A DNA stretch of 63,963 nucleotides, counting the filler, from Octopus bimaculoides (lineage: Eukaryota), in the NCBI RefSeq assembly GCF_001194135.2. It is 10 parts of 10 records of this genome, joined end to end, with 100 filler letters (N's around TTAATTAATTAA, not from the genome) between each part and the next. Parts side by side here need not be neighbours in the genome. Positions count along the whole stretch, not along the records: positions 58,144 to 62,813 come from NC_068991.1; positions 62,914 to 63,963 come from NC_068988.1; 8 more parts are not named here. One strand, given 5' to 3'. Both the position numbers and the translations under genes were made by a program. Within the stretch, counting starts at the first letter, position 1. The number at the start of each line of letters is the position of its first letter. The notes under the pieces are model-generated. The model was given only the letters and a program-made list of their open reading frames with translations. It ran no database searches and was not told the origin of the DNA. Of the stretch, positions 60,992-63,963 are shown piece by piece.

Positions 60992-62089
60992 TATATATNN
61001 NNNNNNNNNNNNNNNNNNNNNNNNNNNNNNNNNNNNNNNNNNNNNNNNNNNNNNNNNNNNNNNNNNNNNNNNNNNNNNNNNNNNNNNNNNNNNNNNNNNN
61101 NNNNNNNNNNNNNNNNNNNNNNNNNNNNNNNNNNNNNNNNNNNNNNNNNNNNNNNNNNNNNNNNNNNNNNNNNNNNNNNNNNNNNNNNNNNNNNNNNNNN
61201 NNNNNNNNNNNNNNNNNNNNNNNNNNNNNNNNNNNNNNNNNNNNNNNNNNNNNNNNNNNNNNNNNNNNNNNNNNNNNNNNNNNNNNNNNNNNNNNNNNNN
61301 NNNNNNNNNNNNNNNNNNNNNNNNNNNNNNNNNNNNNNNNNNNNNNNNNNNNNNNNNNNNNNNNNNNNNNNNNNNNNNNNNNNNNNNNNNNNNNNNNNNN
61401 NNNNNNNNNNNNNNNNNNNNNNNNNNNNNNNNNNNNNNNNNNNNNNNNNNNNNNNNNNNNNNNNNNNNNNNNNNNNNNNNNNNNNNNNNNNNNNNNNNNN
61501 NNNNNNNNNNNNNNNNNNNNNNNNNNNNNNNNNNNNNNNNNNNNNNNNNNNNNNNNNNNNNNNNNNNNNNNNNNNNNNNNNNNNNNNNNNNNNNNNNNNN
61601 NNNNNNNNNNNNNNNNNNNNNNNNNNNNNNNNNNNNNNNNNNNNNNNNNNNNNNNNNNNNNNNNNNNNNNNNNNNNNNNNNNNNNNNNNNNNNNNNNNNN
61701 NNNNNNNNNNNNNNNNNNNNNNNNNNNNNNNNNNNNNNNNNNNNNNNNNNNNNNNNNNNNNNNNNNNNNNNNNNNNNNNNNNNNNNNNNNNNNNNNNNNN
61801 NNNNNNNNNNNNNNNNNNNNNNNNNNNNNNNNNNNNNNNNNNNNNNNNNNNNNNNNNNNNNNNNNNNNNNNNNNNNNNNNNNNNNNNNNNNNNNNNNNNN
61901 NNNNNNNNNNNNNNNNNNNNNNNNNNNNNNNNNNNNNNNNNNNNNNNNNNNNNNNNNNNNNNNNNCGTTGCTGTTGTTGTTGTTGTTGTTCGCATGTAAA
62001 CGAATGATGAAACGTTTGTGGCTAACAAAGCGCAAGTGATAATCATTGGTTAGATACTGTTTGGATAGCAAGCTCAGGTCGCAGACAGT

Positions 62090-62392
62090 GTTGCGGTGAT
62101 GATGATGGGAGTGGGTGTGATAACGAAATTCGCGTGATGGTGGTGATGATGATGATGATGATGATGATGACGACGACGATGATGATGATGATGATGATGA
62201 CGACGACGACGATGATGATGATGATGGGGATGATGATGACGACGACGACGATGATGATGATGAGGATGATGATGACGACGACAGTGGAGACGACGATGAT
62301 GATGATGAAGATCATGATGGCGAGAACGAAGATGATGTTGTTAGTGGTGATGTGGTAGTGGTGGTGGTGGTGGTGGTGACGATGATAAAATT
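62090..62392. repeat. (GAT/GAC/GGT)n imperfect microsatellite
   Basis: Source of the poly-Met, poly-Ile and poly-His ORFs. Confidence 0.9.
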
Positions 62393-62704
62393 CAATCTGG
62401 TCACAGAGAATATTACTGCAGGGCAATTTTCAGAGATCAAAGAAAAATTATGTTCTTGCATAAACACGCACACACACACACACATACGAGCGCGCGCGCG
62501 TGTATGTGTGTGTGTGTGTGAGTGTGTATGATATGAGTATGTATGTTTAAGACCGAATTTTTACTTTATACACATGCACATATACACACACACACAGATG
62601 TGTACATATAATGTGTATATGTCTGTATGCGCATGATTGCTTTTAATTTACATACACGTATATATATACACATACATGCAATATATATAATTTATATTTA
62701 TATG

Positions 62705-62789
<85 letters not shown>

Positions 62790-62913
62790 ATATGTATATA
62801 TATATATATATATNNNNNNNNNNNNNNNNNNNNNNNNNNNNNNNNNNNNNNNNNNNNTTAATTAATTAANNNNNNNNNNNNNNNNNNNNNNNNNNNNNNN
62901 NNNNNNNNNNNNN

Positions 62914-62940
<27 letters not shown>

Positions 62941-62953
<13 letters not shown>

Positions 62954-63306
62954 CAAAATGGGACAAGAATGCAAAACGTCCAGACAAAGAAAACAAGGAC
63001 GAGTCATTTGGACTTTTCTCTCCTTAGTGGAGTTCCAGATTATCTTTGCAATTTGGGCTGGTTAAACACGAGATTGCTCCAGTGTCTGTGTTTGTCCCCT
63101 CACCATCGCTTTACAACCGATGCTGATGTGTCTAAGTCCCCATAACTTAGCGGTTCCGTCTAAGTGGACGATAAAGTACTAGACTTACAAACAACAAGTC
63201 CTCGGGTCGATTTGTTCGACTATAAGCGGTGCTCCAGCATGGCCGCAATCAAATGACTGAAACAAGTAAAAGAATAACTGGATAAAAGAATATGTCGTAT
63301 ATAAAA

Positions 63307-63346
<40 letters not shown>

Positions 63347-63963
63347 TTTTATTCTTTGGTCTCTTATATGTAAGTAAATATACATATCAAAATTTTGTAC
63401 GACTGTATTATTCTTTCTATTTTTTTCATTCTTTTCTTCTTTCTATCACCCCTTTCACACATACTTCGTTCATTCCGCTCTTCGTTCTTTCGTTCCCCCT
63501 CTCTCAAATTTCCTGGCCGTCTCTTCATGCTCACTTTCCTTCCTCTTTCACTTCACTCTGCCTCTTTCTTTTTTTCTCGCACCTCCTTAATTCTTCTCTC
63601 CCTCTGCCTCTACCTCTCTCCCCACGTGACCGTTGTTCGGCCAAGCCTGACCTTTCTTTCTTGGTTCGACTATCATCCGTGCAGCATCTATATTACTCCC
63701 TGTGCCTGTTAAATCCTATGTCCCTGCCGTAAGGCTTTACTTTCACACACGCCAGCTTAAATTCGTCCTTAGTCGAAAGACACCTGTTGTTATGTCCTGT
63801 TATTTGTATTTGTGTACCATTTCTCCGTTTTCCCCGTCCTTTTCGTAAATTAAAAAGATAATCTGGAACTCGACTGAGTAAAGAATACTCCGAATGACCC
63901 GTCCATGTTTTCTTTGTATCGACTGGGTCTTTTGTTGTCCCTTTTTTGTATTTTATATATATA
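62941..63963. repeat. Diverged inverted pair of a dispersed repeat (62941-63046 and 63855-63963)
   Basis: tatataaaatacaaaatgggacaa...caaagaaaacaaggacgagtcatt...gagttccagattatctt matches the reverse complement of the window end. Confidence 0.7.
63085..63290 (+). mobile_element. SINE family A, 3' half
   Basis: catcgctttacaaccgatgctg...ggtgctccagcatggccgcaatcaaatgactgaaacaagtaaaag. Confidence 0.85.

Noticed and set aside
9274-62071. Long ORFs made mostly of X in the ORF track
   Set aside because: They run through N gaps and carry no coding evidence.
6414-62869. Recurrent palindrome TTAATTAATTAA
   Set aside because: Always centred in N runs of fixed total size, so it is an assembly linker and not a biological motif.
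372-63385. Many [16 protein letters not shown], poly-Met and poly-Ala ORFs
   Set aside because: Translations of di-, tri- and tetranucleotide microsatellites.
1-63963. CRISPR arrays, prokaryote-type operons, and protocadherin or C2H2 zinc-finger cluster genes
   Set aside because: No regularly spaced repeat-spacer array, and no cadherin or C2H2 motifs in any frame examined.

Overview
AT-rich, heavily gapped animal genomic DNA, dominated by microsatellites and decayed transposons. The SINE families, (TA)n/(CA)n density and gap style point to a cephalopod, probably an Octopus draft scaffold; this is inferred from recognised repeats, not from a search. There is no complete host gene, rRNA, true tRNA or CRISPR array. 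One well-formed internal coding exon of an unidentified protein lies at 13765-14079 (+). Recognisable mobile elements are: RTE LINEs with a PHD finger inside the RT, a BovB-type RTE, three Tx1/L1-like relics, R4/Dong-like and HERO-like RLE retrotransposons, a Penelope-like GIY-YIG fragment, a Buster/Charlie-type hAT with both TIRs and a perfect 8-bp TSD, a second hAT fragment, mariner and maT relics, a mariner MITE, a Helentron-type HINE and at least three SINE families. The most interesting signals are three. First, hammerhead-ribozyme cores occur in a pair of inverted repeats around the hAT and in a tRNA-headed SINE-like element. Second, the PHD-in-RT architecture is shared by two RTE copies. 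Third, a 195-bp inverted repeat has one mismatch. Nine TTAATTAATTAA linkers mark gaps of unknown size, so long-range adjacency is uncertain. All identities and alignments were judged by eye, and most boundaries are approximate.
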